Assembly: GCF_037042905.1 (NCBI RefSeq)
Contig: NC_087245.1
Location: forward strand, 9,674,001 to 9,738,000
Direction: 5' to 3'
Length of the DNA stretch: 64,000 nucleotides
DNA from: Lytechinus pictus
Lineage: Eukaryota
Shown in pieces: positions 39,301 to 51,220 of the stretch. The notes below the pieces were generated by a model, which did not search any database, had not been told where the DNA came from, and saw only the letters and a list, made by a program, of their open reading frames with translations. A program made the position numbers and the translations under genes. How positions within the stretch are numbered: position 1 is the first letter of the stretch; each line of letters starts with the position of its first letter.

Positions 39301-42300
39301 CGTCTTTCGGATGGTGACGTTAAAGGTCGGTCCCAGACGTAAATAATCATATCTGATTGATACACCTCTGACAAAACTCAAATACACACACACACACACA
39401 GTGCGTCCCACAAAAAACGAAACCGAGATTTATCGATGATTTATCATAACTTCTGACAAAACCAATAGACAAATGACATATCGTTGTAAAGCTTAGAATC
39501 TCATCTTTTATCTGAAATCACTTAGATTATTTCTCATTTACGCATGAGTGAGCAAAAACAATTTGAAGAGGGAATACCAAGAAATCATTTGGCGGGCTGT
39601 ATCTGGGTTTCAAAAAGAAAACCACATTTTTAAAAAGTTCAATATCTGTTCTTTAATTTGATACCACAATTACAGAAAATGTTCAAGAAATAACAAAGTT
39701 CTGGTTATTTGAAATAAGGCTTGAATTTAAATAATTTCATAAAATGAAGAGGTTTTACAGGCTAGCGTTCAAACTTACTCGACACTCCGTTTTGTTGACG
39801 ATCAGCCACGCATTAAGTCTTTTGTTAACCATGCGATACCATCTGTGGGAAACCGGTGAAAACACGCTTATTTAATGAAATTATGGAAATACAAGCATTG
39901 TTTCGAGGGAACATAACTTTCTTACTTCTTGACCATCTTTTTGTGATTAAGGTATCAAATAAAAGAGCAGATATTGAACTTTTTAGGCATGTGATTTTCT
40001 TTTTGAAATTCAGATACCCCCCGCCAAATGAGTTTTTGGTATCCTTTCTTCAAATTATTTTTGCTCACTCATGCGTAAATGAGGAATAATTTAAGTAATA
40101 TCAGATGAAAGAGGAGAATCTAAGCTTTACATTGGTAGGTCATTTGTCTATTGTATTTGTGATTAAGTTATGATAAATCATCGATTAATCTCGGTTTCCT
40201 TTTTTCTGGGACGCACTGTATATCATTATCTGTTCCGGAACTTTGGCAACCTGGGCTGCGTTTATGCGACCTCAAGCCACAATCATGATTTGAATCATGA
40301 TTTGAATCATGATTCAAAACACAAACATGAATCACGATGTCACAGAATCAGCGTTTAGACGACCTTCATTACAATGCTGTTTCTCCTCAGATTCGGGCCA
40401 ATCCAGTGCGCATCACTAGTGCGCAGTTTGACAGAGGAAGTTTTTCGCACGTGTTTCGGCTCTCGAAAAAGCTTTTGCTTCCAGAATTCAGTCTATACCT
40501 AATTTTGTTTACTTCTATAGGGTCCATATGCTTCTATTCATCTTGTTAGTTTATCCAAAATGGTGTTCGGAAGTGAATTTCAGCGTAGATCCAATTTAAT
40601 ATTAACACTCTATACTCAACAACAACTGAGATCATTGTCTGTCCAGTTAATTCAGTCACTAGAACTTGAAGTTGAAGACATGACCAAAAAATGAAAAGTA
40701 GTGGACGATGCGATGACCAACACAGAACTTGAACATGACAAGAAATGCATGCAGAGTAACCATGTACATACAATGAGCATATAGAGAGCCTTGAGCTTGG
40801 CAAGAGTCAAACCGAAAGTAGCCCGACACAGTGAGGTCATATAATCATGATTCAAATCACGATATCGTTTATTCGAACATTTTCATACGTGATTCTGTAG
40901 AAACGTCTTTCCAAACGCCCCTTTTTTCGTAGTTCATGTTTGTGATTCTAATCATGATTATATTCAATTTCGACTAAACGCAATCGTGATTCTGCAGAAT
41001 CGTGATTTGAATCATGATTCAGATCATGATTCTAGGGTGAAAAAGTGGCGGATAAACGCACCCCAGGTCATACAGCAGTCTCCAAGATCACTGAAAACTG
41101 TCATCTCTGTGGAATGGCTCAGAGAGACCCCTCAAATAACCCTTAAAGACTTCTTCCTATAGAGATATTTCAATTGTCTTTCAGAGAACTTTTATGCAAA
41201 AAGTGATCTTTCAGAATTCTTTCCCTGGTCCTTCAATGAGCTCTCACGATTCTTACAGTGATCTCCACAAAAATCTTGAGAGACTGTCGAAAGATCATGG
41301 AAAGAATGATAAGAACTTCAAGAAGTTCATTGAAAGACCACCAAAAGACCAATTTCGTGTAAGACCGCTAAAAAAACTGTTTTGAACCGTTTCAAAAAGT
41401 TTTGGTGCTCATGAAAACCATGCAGACCACCGAAAGATCCATCAGAAATCATGAAAGACCTCAGAGATCTTTGAAAGTTCGTTGAAAGACCTTTGAAAGA
41501 TCAAGCAAGTTTCATGGTCTTAGAGCCGTTTTTCAGAGGTCTTGCTCTCTGTGAAATGGGGGTTTAAGTCAGACGCCTCTGGCAGACTCGCCTGCATTAC
41601 GCGATTTGATATAGCAGTAGTGCTGACTTTAAAAACAGCTATTGAATAATTATTCACCAAAGAAAACATTCTTATGATAATAAAATACTATGTCCATTGA
41701 CCAATAATTGCATTTGACCATGATGATGTGACCTAAGACGTGTGCATAACAATCATTCATACTTGATTACCCTTATGTCTATGTTTTATGAACTAGATCC
41801 ATAAACTATATCTACTTATGGTGCCAATTCAACAAATACCCCTAACATGGCCAAAAGCTCATTGAACTTAAATGACCTTGGTCAAGTGACCTGAAACGCG
41901 CACAGGATATTCAGGGCGGGTTTCAGGAATACATAGTCGCTCTTAAATATGTCCAAGTTTCATGAACTAGATCCATAAACTTTTAAAGTTATGATGACAA
42001 TTCCACAAATACCCCGAACATTACCAAAGTCTGTTGACCGTAAATGACCTTTGACCTTGGTCATGTGACCTGAAAATTGCACAGAAATTTCAGGGATACT
42101 TGATTGCTCTTATGTCCAAGTTTCATGAACCAGATCGATAAAGTGTCAAAGGTATGATGACAATTCCACACATACTCCCAACATGGCCAGAGTTCATTGA
42201 CCCTAAAAGACCTCTGACCTTGGTCTAAGTTATGACGACATTTCAAAAACTTAACCTTGGTTAAGATTCTGATATTGATTCCCCAAACATGGTCTAAGTT

Positions 42301-45300
42301 CATTGACCCTAAATGAACTTTGACCTTGGTAATGTGACCTGAAACTCAGGTAAGATGTTCAGTAATACTTGATTACCCTTATGTCCAAGTTTCATAAACT
42401 AGGTCCATATAATTTCATAGAATAAGTTATGATGACATTTCAAAAACTTAACCTTGGTTAAGATTTCAATGTTGACGCCAGCGTCGGAAAAGCGGCGCCT
42501 ATAGTCTCGCTAAAACCAGAGACAGCTGCGCACCATTTGTTGTAGGTTCACTGTAAAATCTAGGATGAGGCACGGGGTTGAGTAGGATAATGGTGATCAA
42601 TATAATGGGTAAAACTGAATTCTTTAAAAAAAGTGTCAAAATTCATTAGAAATTAAGGATAGTTGATGAATCATACTAGTAAAGGATTATAAAATAACAT
42701 GGTAATTTTCAAATTAGGCCTATACTCATTTAGAGAGCCATAACATTTTTTTGTGGGACAAGCTGTTTAGGTTGTTAAACATAAAACTCCCAATACATGT
42801 CTACAGAGGAAGGGGGGGGAACAATAATTGTAGTTGACCCATGACATATATGATTATCTTTTGTTTGGTGTAGTTGGGACCAACAAGACTGGTTGTCCTC
42901 AACGATAAGGATTCCATTAAGGAAGCTTTCGTGACCAACGCAGCAGACATGAGTGACCGTCCACAAGCTATGCTGGATACTCTTCAACAAACAAGAGGTA
43001 AGGGTTATTTTTATGATCGAGGGGCATGGAAAGTAAAATTGATGTAAGCTTCCACATAAAATGGCAAATGTGAGTTTGTGGATATTTGGTTAAATAATTT
43101 GTCATCTAATTTAGAAGTTTACTCATAATTCAATAAGTTTAAGAAGGCCAGGGTTGATCTTTCGATAAATCCTCCTTTATCTTTCTAGAAATATCTTCAG
43201 GCAACCTGGATAGATTTTGCTGTTCTAATACAAAACACACACATATAGTAGATGACTTAACTCAACATTACAAGAATTTGCTTCTTAATATATATATATG
43301 TGATAAATTATTCCAAAGGGCAGATAGCTCTGAGGAACCTTGATTTAAGCTACACCTAACATTGTTCTCTTCATAAATTTCTTTCAAAACATTTAAATAC
43401 ACGAGTTGCCAAAGCTGTTGTACATGTATAATTTCTCACATTTGAATAATTTGTCCCATACATGTACTGTATCTAAGCAAAAGCTTTGATCCAGCTCAGG
43501 CATAGTGGCTTGTCATTGTTCACAACTCACCTACACCCGACAAAAGAAATTTAATTGGTGGTGTCAAAAATCTGTTCATCTGACGGTCAATCAGATTGGG
43601 GTCGCCCTAGCCACTTACCCGTCTCTGTGGTCTAGTGGTTAGGTCACCTGTGTTCAAAGCTGGGGGCCCAGGTTCGATTCCCAGCAGAGACATTTTTGGC
43701 ATCACCAATTTTTCAAAAGAGCAGATGGCTCTGAGGAACCTTGATTTAAGCTATGCCTACCATTGTTCTCTTCATTCATTTCTTTCACAAAATATGTGTA
43801 TATATATATATATGCCTTATCTACTGAAAAACATAAAACAAAAACAAAAATAATGAGACAATAAGATAATTTTGATAGGTGCATATATTCTTTTTTTTTA
43901 ATGAGAGCACCCTTAAAATCAACCAAAAAAATATTATGATCCCATCGCATTTACTGTTCAAAAGAAAGTCTACTTCAATAAATTTTTACTTTACTTTGTA
44001 CTTTCTTGAAATGCCATGAGCACCGCAAGATGGACTTCAGCACTATAGACAGTTAGAAATAGCTACACTGTAGAATTAGGATGTTAAAACTTATACCAGT
44101 TGGTGTATGATCACACCCTTAGGAATTGAACATAACAATAACACTGAAGAGAGTAAAAGTAACACACAAAGGTGTTGCGATGCCACCCATGTGTTGAACT
44201 AACACCAAATAATTAACACCAAAGTAAAATGACTGGTGCGATCCCCTTATTATTATCTATCATTTCTCTTAATATTAATAGGAATCATCTTAAGACAACC
44301 AGGTCACCTCCATCGTCAACACCGAAATTTCCTCTCCAACGGTTTTCGGCTCATCAAACTAGGAGTCCCAGAGTTCAGTTTTCACATCCATCCACACATC
44401 GACAAGTTCAAAGACAAATTAATCTCTTCAGAAGGCCAGAGTGTGCAGATATGTCCAATCAGTCACTGCCTCCTATTTGAAATCTTTACCGACTTGATGC
44501 TAGGCGAGGTTCCCGACTCTAATTCTGAGGAGGTCAAAAAACTATTGGATGTCCTGTATAAGGCACTGTCACCAAACCCGATGTTGGTGTTAGCAGGGAA
44601 AGCTATTCCCAAGTGGCTAAAGTCTGCTCTGAGTGACTGGATTGACATGTCAGACTCTCTTTCAAAGGTTACCCTCTACCTCAGGGAACATATCCAGGAG
44701 CACAGGAAAACCTACGAGGGTGATCCCCAAAACCTGATTGATGCTTTCTTGTTGAAAGAACAGCAAGAATTGGACAAATATAACAGACTAAGGAAAGATG
44801 ATATCGGTAGCAGTGGGGGAAAAAGTGACCAAGAGTCTCCCGAGACATCTCCAAGGGTGACATCAGTCATGGTGAATGACCAAGAGGAAAATGAAAAAAA
44901 TCTTGCAGCTATTTTAATGGATGTATTTCAGGCTGGATGCACTAGTATTGTTGCTTCTTTGCAGTGGCTCCTGCTAGATCTAGCACTTCATCAAGATGTC
45001 CAAGAGAAGATGAGGAAGGAAATAGACGGATATGTTGAGGAAAGTGAGTAAAAACAACTATTGAGGTTACTTCACACAAGAAAGCCCAGGCACAAAGCAT
45101 CAATTAAAAGCTAAACATTAATTATAATTGTGATACAACATAAGCCATTATGTTATGTTGTTGATACTGGTTATGAACACTCTTTAATTTTTCATTTTAC
45201 AGATAGTTCAGTTAAAGTTTGAGTACATTTGTCATCTGGTTGTCAAAAGGAATGTTAGATACTTTACAGATATCATTCAAATGAAATGTCTAAATGTCTA

Positions 45301-46605
45301 TTAAATTCAAGGGAGAGTGATTGATTAGTTAGAAGTGTTGTGGTTTTGGGTGCGAATTGGGAAATTTTTAGAGGAATTGTGCGAAGAAGAGCATTACCAA
45401 AAAAAAAGGGAGAGAGACAGAGTTTAAATAATTGGAATCATTAATCAGTTTATGTTTAACTACTAAGCCAGCCTTGTACAAGGTCTCTTTTTAAACTCTC
45501 TACCCTCTATCAACATTCTGCAGGAAACCACAGGCCCTCTCTTCTCATAAGAAGTGACAACTTTCATTATACCAAGGCAGTGATGTTGGAGAGTCTTCGC
45601 CTTCATCCTCCTGCTCCACTGGGAGCACCACACTGTGCTGCACGAGACACCAAACTTGGCGGTTTTCACATCGATAAGGGCACCATAATACTCTCAAATC
45701 TATTGAGTGCTTTACAAGACTCCAAGCAATGGAAGGATGCTGGTGACTTTCGACCAGAAAGATTTCTCAATGAAGATGGCACCCTAGAAAAGAGAGACAC
45801 CCTTGGGTTTTCAACTGGTTAGTAAATATTGCAGAGACTCGATTGAACAGAGATATGTCTCTGAACTGTACAAATGCTTTGGTGAACTTTGCTATCTGAA
45901 CAATTTTCCTTCCTATCAAAAATCTTTTAACCTGCACCGTTAACCCAAACCAAAAAAAAATCCTGATACATGCAAATAATTCATGTCACTTCACTCACTT
46001 GTATCTGTTGCATAAAAGTTATTATTATAACTTGCCATCCAATAGTGACTACCATGGTGGCAACAGCCAATAAAAAACCTAGGATTCCATGGAAGCTAAC
46101 TTTGAATGCCAAATCTACCATAATACTAACTTTAAACAAGCAACAAGGCCGAGTGTTTATCTTCCATATAGTGTAATATTTGAGAACTGTTCTGGGTATC
46201 CATCTCTGTTGGATTCACCTACATGACATACCTGAGATTTTGCAATGTTTCTCTTCGCTTCAGCATCTACATTGTTTAAATGTACAACTTCAAGTCTTAT
46301 GGACTGTAGTTGTAGCATGATCTCTTAATTTATCTTCTGTTTCCAATTATCAAAGTTACTCATTTTTCTATGACAACAAAATAAAAGAAATGTTTTTATT
46401 TGCATATTTGTTTTCTCGTTCAGGACCTCGTCTGTGTCCTGGAAAGCTCCTGACGAACACAGTTATTAGTTCCATCTTGACTGAAATCATACAAGACTTC
46501 ACATTTCACTTACCACCAGATCACAAGTTCTCCCTCAAAGGAATTCCTGGAATCGTCTACAATCCTCAACCCTTTTCCATCATTGCTAAACAACGACAGA
46601 GATGA
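36101..46605 (+). CDS. Cytochrome P450, clan 2 (CYP2/CYP17-like), 549 aa; join(36101-36388,42874-42997,44282-45043,45524-45817,46424-46605)
   Basis: 1650 nt open join with GT-AG sites. N-terminal anchor, PPGPKGLPLLGSL hinge, VVLND..IKEAF, SDRP, ExxR (ESLR), FRPERF, heme motif FSTGPRLCPG split by the last intron. The start could be 36101 or the downstream ATG at 36125. Confidence 0.95.
39021..39170. repeat. Three tandem, internally palindromic units of about 54 bp
   Basis: atctcgtcat...atgacaagat repeated at 39021, 39075 and 39128. Confidence 0.8.
39216..40218. mobile_element. Tc1/mariner-like MITE, left TIR interrupted by a SINE
   Basis: TA+cagtg|cgtcccacaaaaaacgaaaccgagatt ... aatctcggtttcctttttttctgggacgcactg+TA. 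Confidence 0.9.
39220..39397 (+). mobile_element. SINE with 7SL-RNA-like head, B box, Deu/Nin-like core and (CA)n tail
   Basis: gactgggcgttgtggcgtgcgcctgtaatccaagcta; ggttcgagccc; cgtctttcggatggtgacgttaaa; TSD ACAGTG. Confidence 0.82.
40253..41064. mobile_element. PIF/Harbinger-like MITE with aatcatgatt subterminal repeats
   Basis: gggctgcgtttat / ataaacgcacccc; repeated aatcatgatt at both ends. Confidence 0.8.
41566..42525 (-). mobile_element. Helentron/DINE-1-like element, inverted copy of the 15779-17098 family
   Basis: gcctctggcagactcgcctgca and ggaaaagcggcgcctatagtctcgc are reverse complements of that element's ends; same tandem units. Confidence 0.8.
42874..42997 (+). CDS. P450 exon 2
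   Basis: gtag|LGPTRLVVLNDKDSIKEAFVTNAADMSDRPQAMLDTLQQTR|gtaagg (absent from the ORF track). Confidence 0.93.
43300..43795 (+). mobile_element. Direct-repeat-bounded element in a (TA)n tract (possible non-autonomous Penelope-like element)
   Basis: About 70-bp direct repeats at 43320-43389 and 43721-43790; (TA)n on both sides. Confidence 0.6.
43621..43693 (+). pseudogene. tRNA-like sequence (tRNA-Glu-type scaffold, TCA at the anticodon position), decayed
   Basis: Perfect acceptor stem GTCTCTG/CAGAGAC, A box TGGTCTAGTGG, B box GGTTCGATTCC, followed by TTTTT; mismatches in the D, anticodon and T stems. Confidence 0.75.
44282..45043 (+). CDS. P450 exon 3 (helices C-J)
   Basis: atag|GIILRQPG...DVQEKMRKEIDGYVEE|gtgagt. 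Confidence 0.93.
45524..45817 (+). CDS. P450 exon 4 (K helix, PERF)
   Basis: gcag|RNHRPSLL...YTKAVMLESLRLHPPAPLGAPH...FRPERF...GFST|gttagt. Confidence 0.94.
46424..46605 (+). CDS. P450 exon 5 (heme Cys)
   Basis: ttcag|GPRLCPGKLL...PQPFSIIAKQRQR-TGA. Confidence 0.94.
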
Positions 46606-49200
46606 TCTACATATGGGGTTCTTTGAATTATCCCACAAAGTACATATTTCTAAAAAATGTTTTGCAAATAAAGTTTTTAGCCTTTCTTATTCAAAACATA
46701 CTCTTTCGATTGAATATGTTCTGAACAACCAGTAATTCATTTCAGCAAATATTTCGACTTTTTGTTAGTTTCGTTGGCTTTCCTTTTCTAATTTACTGTC
46801 CAAATGAATGTCATCAGATTAAATGTTCATAAAAAGTCTGCATGCTTCTTATCCCCTTTCCTTCAGGAAACAATCAAATCTTTCCCCCACAGGAAATCAT
46901 CAAGGATTAATTTCTAATTATTAAAAAAAAATCTTCAAGGAAACACCCACATCAAACAACCTAATTTTGTTTAATTTTCGCCACTAAGCTGTAGGTTCTG
47001 AGGGTGCAAAAGGGAAATAAAGATATTGTTTTTGCTTCTATAAGCAGAATGAAATGCATTATAAAACATGATGAAACCAAGTTATTTACGCTTTCATATC
47101 TTCTGAAAAAACAACAAAAAATAACAAGGAATTGATACCCGCCATGGTACATTTTTTTAATTTGGACATTAAATAAATGAAAATACACAAGGAGATAATC
47201 TGAAGTGAATATATCCAAATGTATGGGCTGCATTCTAAACCTGAAGCATAAACATGTGGTTTTTCAAAAGAAGAAGATTCACATTTAAAAAGGGTAAAAA
47301 GCAGTATGTGCTTACAGACTTTTTTAGATTCATTCATTTACATTTGACATTTATCAGGATGAAGCAAAAGAGGTTCTTAACATGGATACAAAGCAAGAAT
47401 TATCAATGATCCACTTAAGGAATTAAATACATTTATTTTCAAAATAGCATAGGTGTGGTTATGTGCATATATCTTAACTCACCGTAAATGTCACTTTATC
47501 TGATGTGTGTGGGAGGTCTTATCGGTCTGAGAGGAGAAAATCAATGAAGTAGAAACAAGCCCTTCTTGTGGGAAGAAATTTTATATTTTACCTTGTTAAG
47601 AGGATGCATATAAGCCAAACGCTTAAGTCTTACTATACCTGATAACAATGCTATTTTTAATTCTCTTCCCTCCCTTTATTTCCTGCATCAATCTAAATAT
47701 AAATTGCTGTTGGATCTTGCAACTGATTTTTTTGTCTATCATTTCATTGCTGGTGTATAATTTGTCTTACAATCTTAATGTCTTTGTTTCACCACTTTTC
47801 AAATGAAAATTCTGCATTACATTAAAACTTCATAACTCATTTTTCAGTCAATTCTAATGAAAGGTGTAAAAATCCACAACTTCACCAGAATAGGATGTTA
47901 AAGGTTATTTCAAAGCTTTGCATAGACATGTATAATTACACATTTAGTACGCAAATCAGTGAGTAAAATCCCACCCCACAAAACGCACACACATATTCCT
48001 TGTTAAAATCATATCTTATTACACAAAATTTTAAATTTCATTTCAATGGAGCAGTATGGTTGGTATTCTCATGTCAATTATCATTATCATTATTATTCAG
48101 TGTGAAACATGTAGCTTTTTTGTTGTACAGTCTATGAAATTTGATATATTTGAAATATAATAAAGCAAATCCTTAAAGCATAATGGTACATGATGTAATC
48201 AAATCTGCATTTTCATATCAGGTAAAAATTGTATATTGCAGTTTAATTTAAAAAAGGGTGAATATAAAATGCTATTCTTTATTTCATATTGATTCTAGAT
48301 TATTAATTATGGTTATTTATTGTATTCAAATCAACTTGATGTATGTATAGGACAGACTGTTTCATATAATTTTCATAATTTATTTCTTCTTGTTCCCTCT
48401 CTCTCCCTTTCTACATCTCTCTTTCCATAGAAAAATCTGGATTTTCATTTTTTGTTGTTGAAAATGTTACATATAGGATTTAAGTTTAGCTAAGACTATA
48501 TTCACATCTTCATTAGATTAACACATATTTTTTTTCAGTTTGACTACTTTCAATGAACACAGCTTTCTTATACACAGTGACTTTAGAGAAGCCTTTCCTC
48601 TCAGTATCTGCATGTGTGTGTATTTGAATTTTTTCAGATGTGTATCAATAAAAAATTATTATTTACACCTGGGACAGACCTTTAACATCACCATCCAAAA
48701 GACATGACCAGGGTAATGATGTCATCAGTCCCCTCATTGCATACTGACAAGGATGTGAATATAATTGTTTTGTGAAATTAAGGGAAAATTTGAAATGTCA
48801 TACCTGTTATTTTATATCCAATTTATAAGAAATATTCAGTGTTATGCTTGTTGGGGTGCAGTTGTTTCAGGAGTTTAATATTTTTGGATGACTTCAGGAA
48901 GACCGTTCCATAGCTATAATACTAGAAAAGCACAGAATATTATGCTCAGTGAAAAAAAAAAATATTGCTTTATGTCATCAATCATTAAAGTGAGTCAATT
49001 AATACTATGAGGTAAGGTTTCATAGCTATGATATTGCTTAGATTTAATGGTATGTATGTTTCATTTCAATTCATCATGTTTTTGTATTTCATTGATCATT
49101 TAAGTCACAAACAATATATGCACTGTTTCACTGTGCATTATATTTGATAAGTGTATTACACTGTGTAGTGTGTACTATTTCAAGTGTGCATCACCCTTAG

Positions 49201-49965
49201 GGTGACGTTCGTTTTTCAGAAGGTTCGTTATTCCGAAAGGTTCATTTGTCTGAAAAGGAAAGGTTTGTTAGTCCGAGAGTGTAAAAAGGCTTGTTAGTCC
49301 AAAAAAAGCTGGTAACGCTGGCTGGGATGGCTGTTTTGCCTCGCGCCACATCCATAAAAGGGAGATTGATGCCCTTGATTGAGGTCTTAATTGCTCCTAT
49401 TCTGGTCCAAATAATACTGCCCCATACGCATGCAGCAGGCCGGCATTTTCAGGTTTGTTAGTGGTAAACATTTAATCAAGAATGTATCTTTTACTAGCAA
49501 TTTGAACTTGAACAAGACAATTTTAAAATGCACCAATACTTCTCCAGCAAAATTTACAGGTCTGGCAAGGAAAGATAAAACATATCTAATAGGCCCTATT
49601 GATTCTTGTATGAAAATAAACTAGTCCCATAAGCCTATGACCACCCTTTTCAGACTACCGAATCTTATTTCATTTTTTGATTAGCAAACCTTTGGATTAT
49701 TAAACCTTATTTCATTTTCGGATTAACGAACCTTCGGAGCAACAAACCTTATTTCATTTTTAGGTTAAAACCTTCAGAATAATGAACCTTATTTCATGAT
49801 AAGATTATTAACAAACCTTTAGAATAATACCACAAGTGTTTACATTTACAAGCTTTTTGATCATTTTTGGACTAACAAACATTAAGGTACATGTATAAGC
49901 AATTTACGTGTTTCAGAATTACGAACCTTCAGGCTAACAAACCTTCGGAATAACGAACTGTAACC
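49201..49965. mobile_element. Foldback/MULE-like element with repeated ttcggaataacgaacc motifs
   Basis: ggtgacgttcg / cgaactgtaacc; 9-bp flanks cacccttag / aacccttac. Confidence 0.72.
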
Positions 49966-50266
49966 AACCCTTACATGTGTAAAAAAAAATTGCTATATCA
50001 AGAACACCTCCCAAAGTTTTGATCAATCCCATTTACCAATGTTCATCAATTGGTAACTTATCTGCTGTTCAGTAGCTATATAGTAATGTTTTGTATTCAA
50101 ATATAATGACCACAATTATGTACTGTTGGTTCTCTGTATAAAACTTTGCATATCCATGTGGATTAAATTCCTTTGGGATATTGCTAAGTATGCTCAAATT
50201 TATCCCTAAATTTTGAGCATATTTCTTTGTGAAGAAATTAATGGAGTCATTTGGTCCAGTTGCCAG

Positions 50267-51050
50267 GGGCTGTATTCTGAAAATTGTCTAAAATAGAAGT
50301 ATTCTTGTATCTTTACAGTTACAATAAAATCTGTATTCTGAAAACTCTTGTATCTTTTCTTATATCTTTTCTTGTAAATTTTCTTGTAACTTTTACTAAG
50401 CGTTTATGACGTCAGAGTTACAATGATGCGTTAAGTTGAAAACGCCGCATATATCTCTGTGCACAAGATAACATATCGAGATAAAAGGTTTTCTGAAAAT
50501 TCTTTTATCTTTGCATTCTGTTAACTTGCTTGCAAAATACAAGAAAATTTACAAGAGGAAGGAGGCTATTGTAACTTAATGTTGAATGTGATATTTTACT
50601 CGGTCAACAATAGTAATGATCTTGCTGCATCCTGCAAGAACATCATGTTTGGCATAAGGAGGCATTCCAAAGACGTAATAACGACGGATTGGTAGACTTT
50701 TTAGCAATTGAAAATTGGCATTCGAGATGATGAATCTTTTCAGAGAAAAGTCATGTGTATCTTAGCACAGTAGCGTACAAGCATAAGCATCGGTGGCACA
50801 AAGGAAATTACGTCGCATGTCAACAATGCGCTTAATTATTTATTAGAAGGGACGCTTCTATTGGTTGACTAAAACATATAAAAAGTTCAATGATCGGTTG
50901 ATGATAAAAAATTAGGCATGTCAGAGATAAAATAGGGGACGTCCTTACAGAGATAAGACAATTTTCAGAATACCGATTTAAGAGAATTTTAACGAGCTGT
51001 TATCTTGCTGAGTTACAAGAAAAGTTAAGACAATTTTCAGAATACCATCC
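50267..51050. mobile_element. PIF/Harbinger-like MITE (related left end at about 1006-1090)
   Basis: gtattctgaaaattgtct / agacaattttcagaatac, with internal copies of the motif. Confidence 0.8.
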
Positions 51051-51059
51051 CAAGATTAA

Positions 51060-51220
51060 TTCCTTGAATGTGCTGAGCACCATTGAAAAAGTGGTAGCTC
51101 CAGCTCAAGCCGGAGTAATAATAGCAGCACTTTGTATCCTAAGGTAAAAAGCGCTGTATTAATCCAGCTATTACTATTATTTTTGTTATTATCATTATTA
51201 TTTTTATTATTATTATTCAT
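51060..51220 (+). mobile_element. SINE/L2-type 3' end with (TAT)n tail
   Basis: aaagcgctgtattaatccagctattactattatt. Confidence 0.55.

Noticed and set aside
40391..40549. Candidate P450 exon 2 after ttctcctcag
   Set aside because: Lies inside a MITE with no P450 similarity; the real exon 2 is 42874-42997
43325..43360. Hammerhead ribozyme in the direct repeat (ctgagga)
   Set aside because: No matching GAAA/stem II and no cleavage triplet arrangement found by eye
43621..43693. Functional tRNA-Sec gene
   Set aside because: No long variable arm or extended acceptor stem, and several stem mismatches; kept only as tRNA-like
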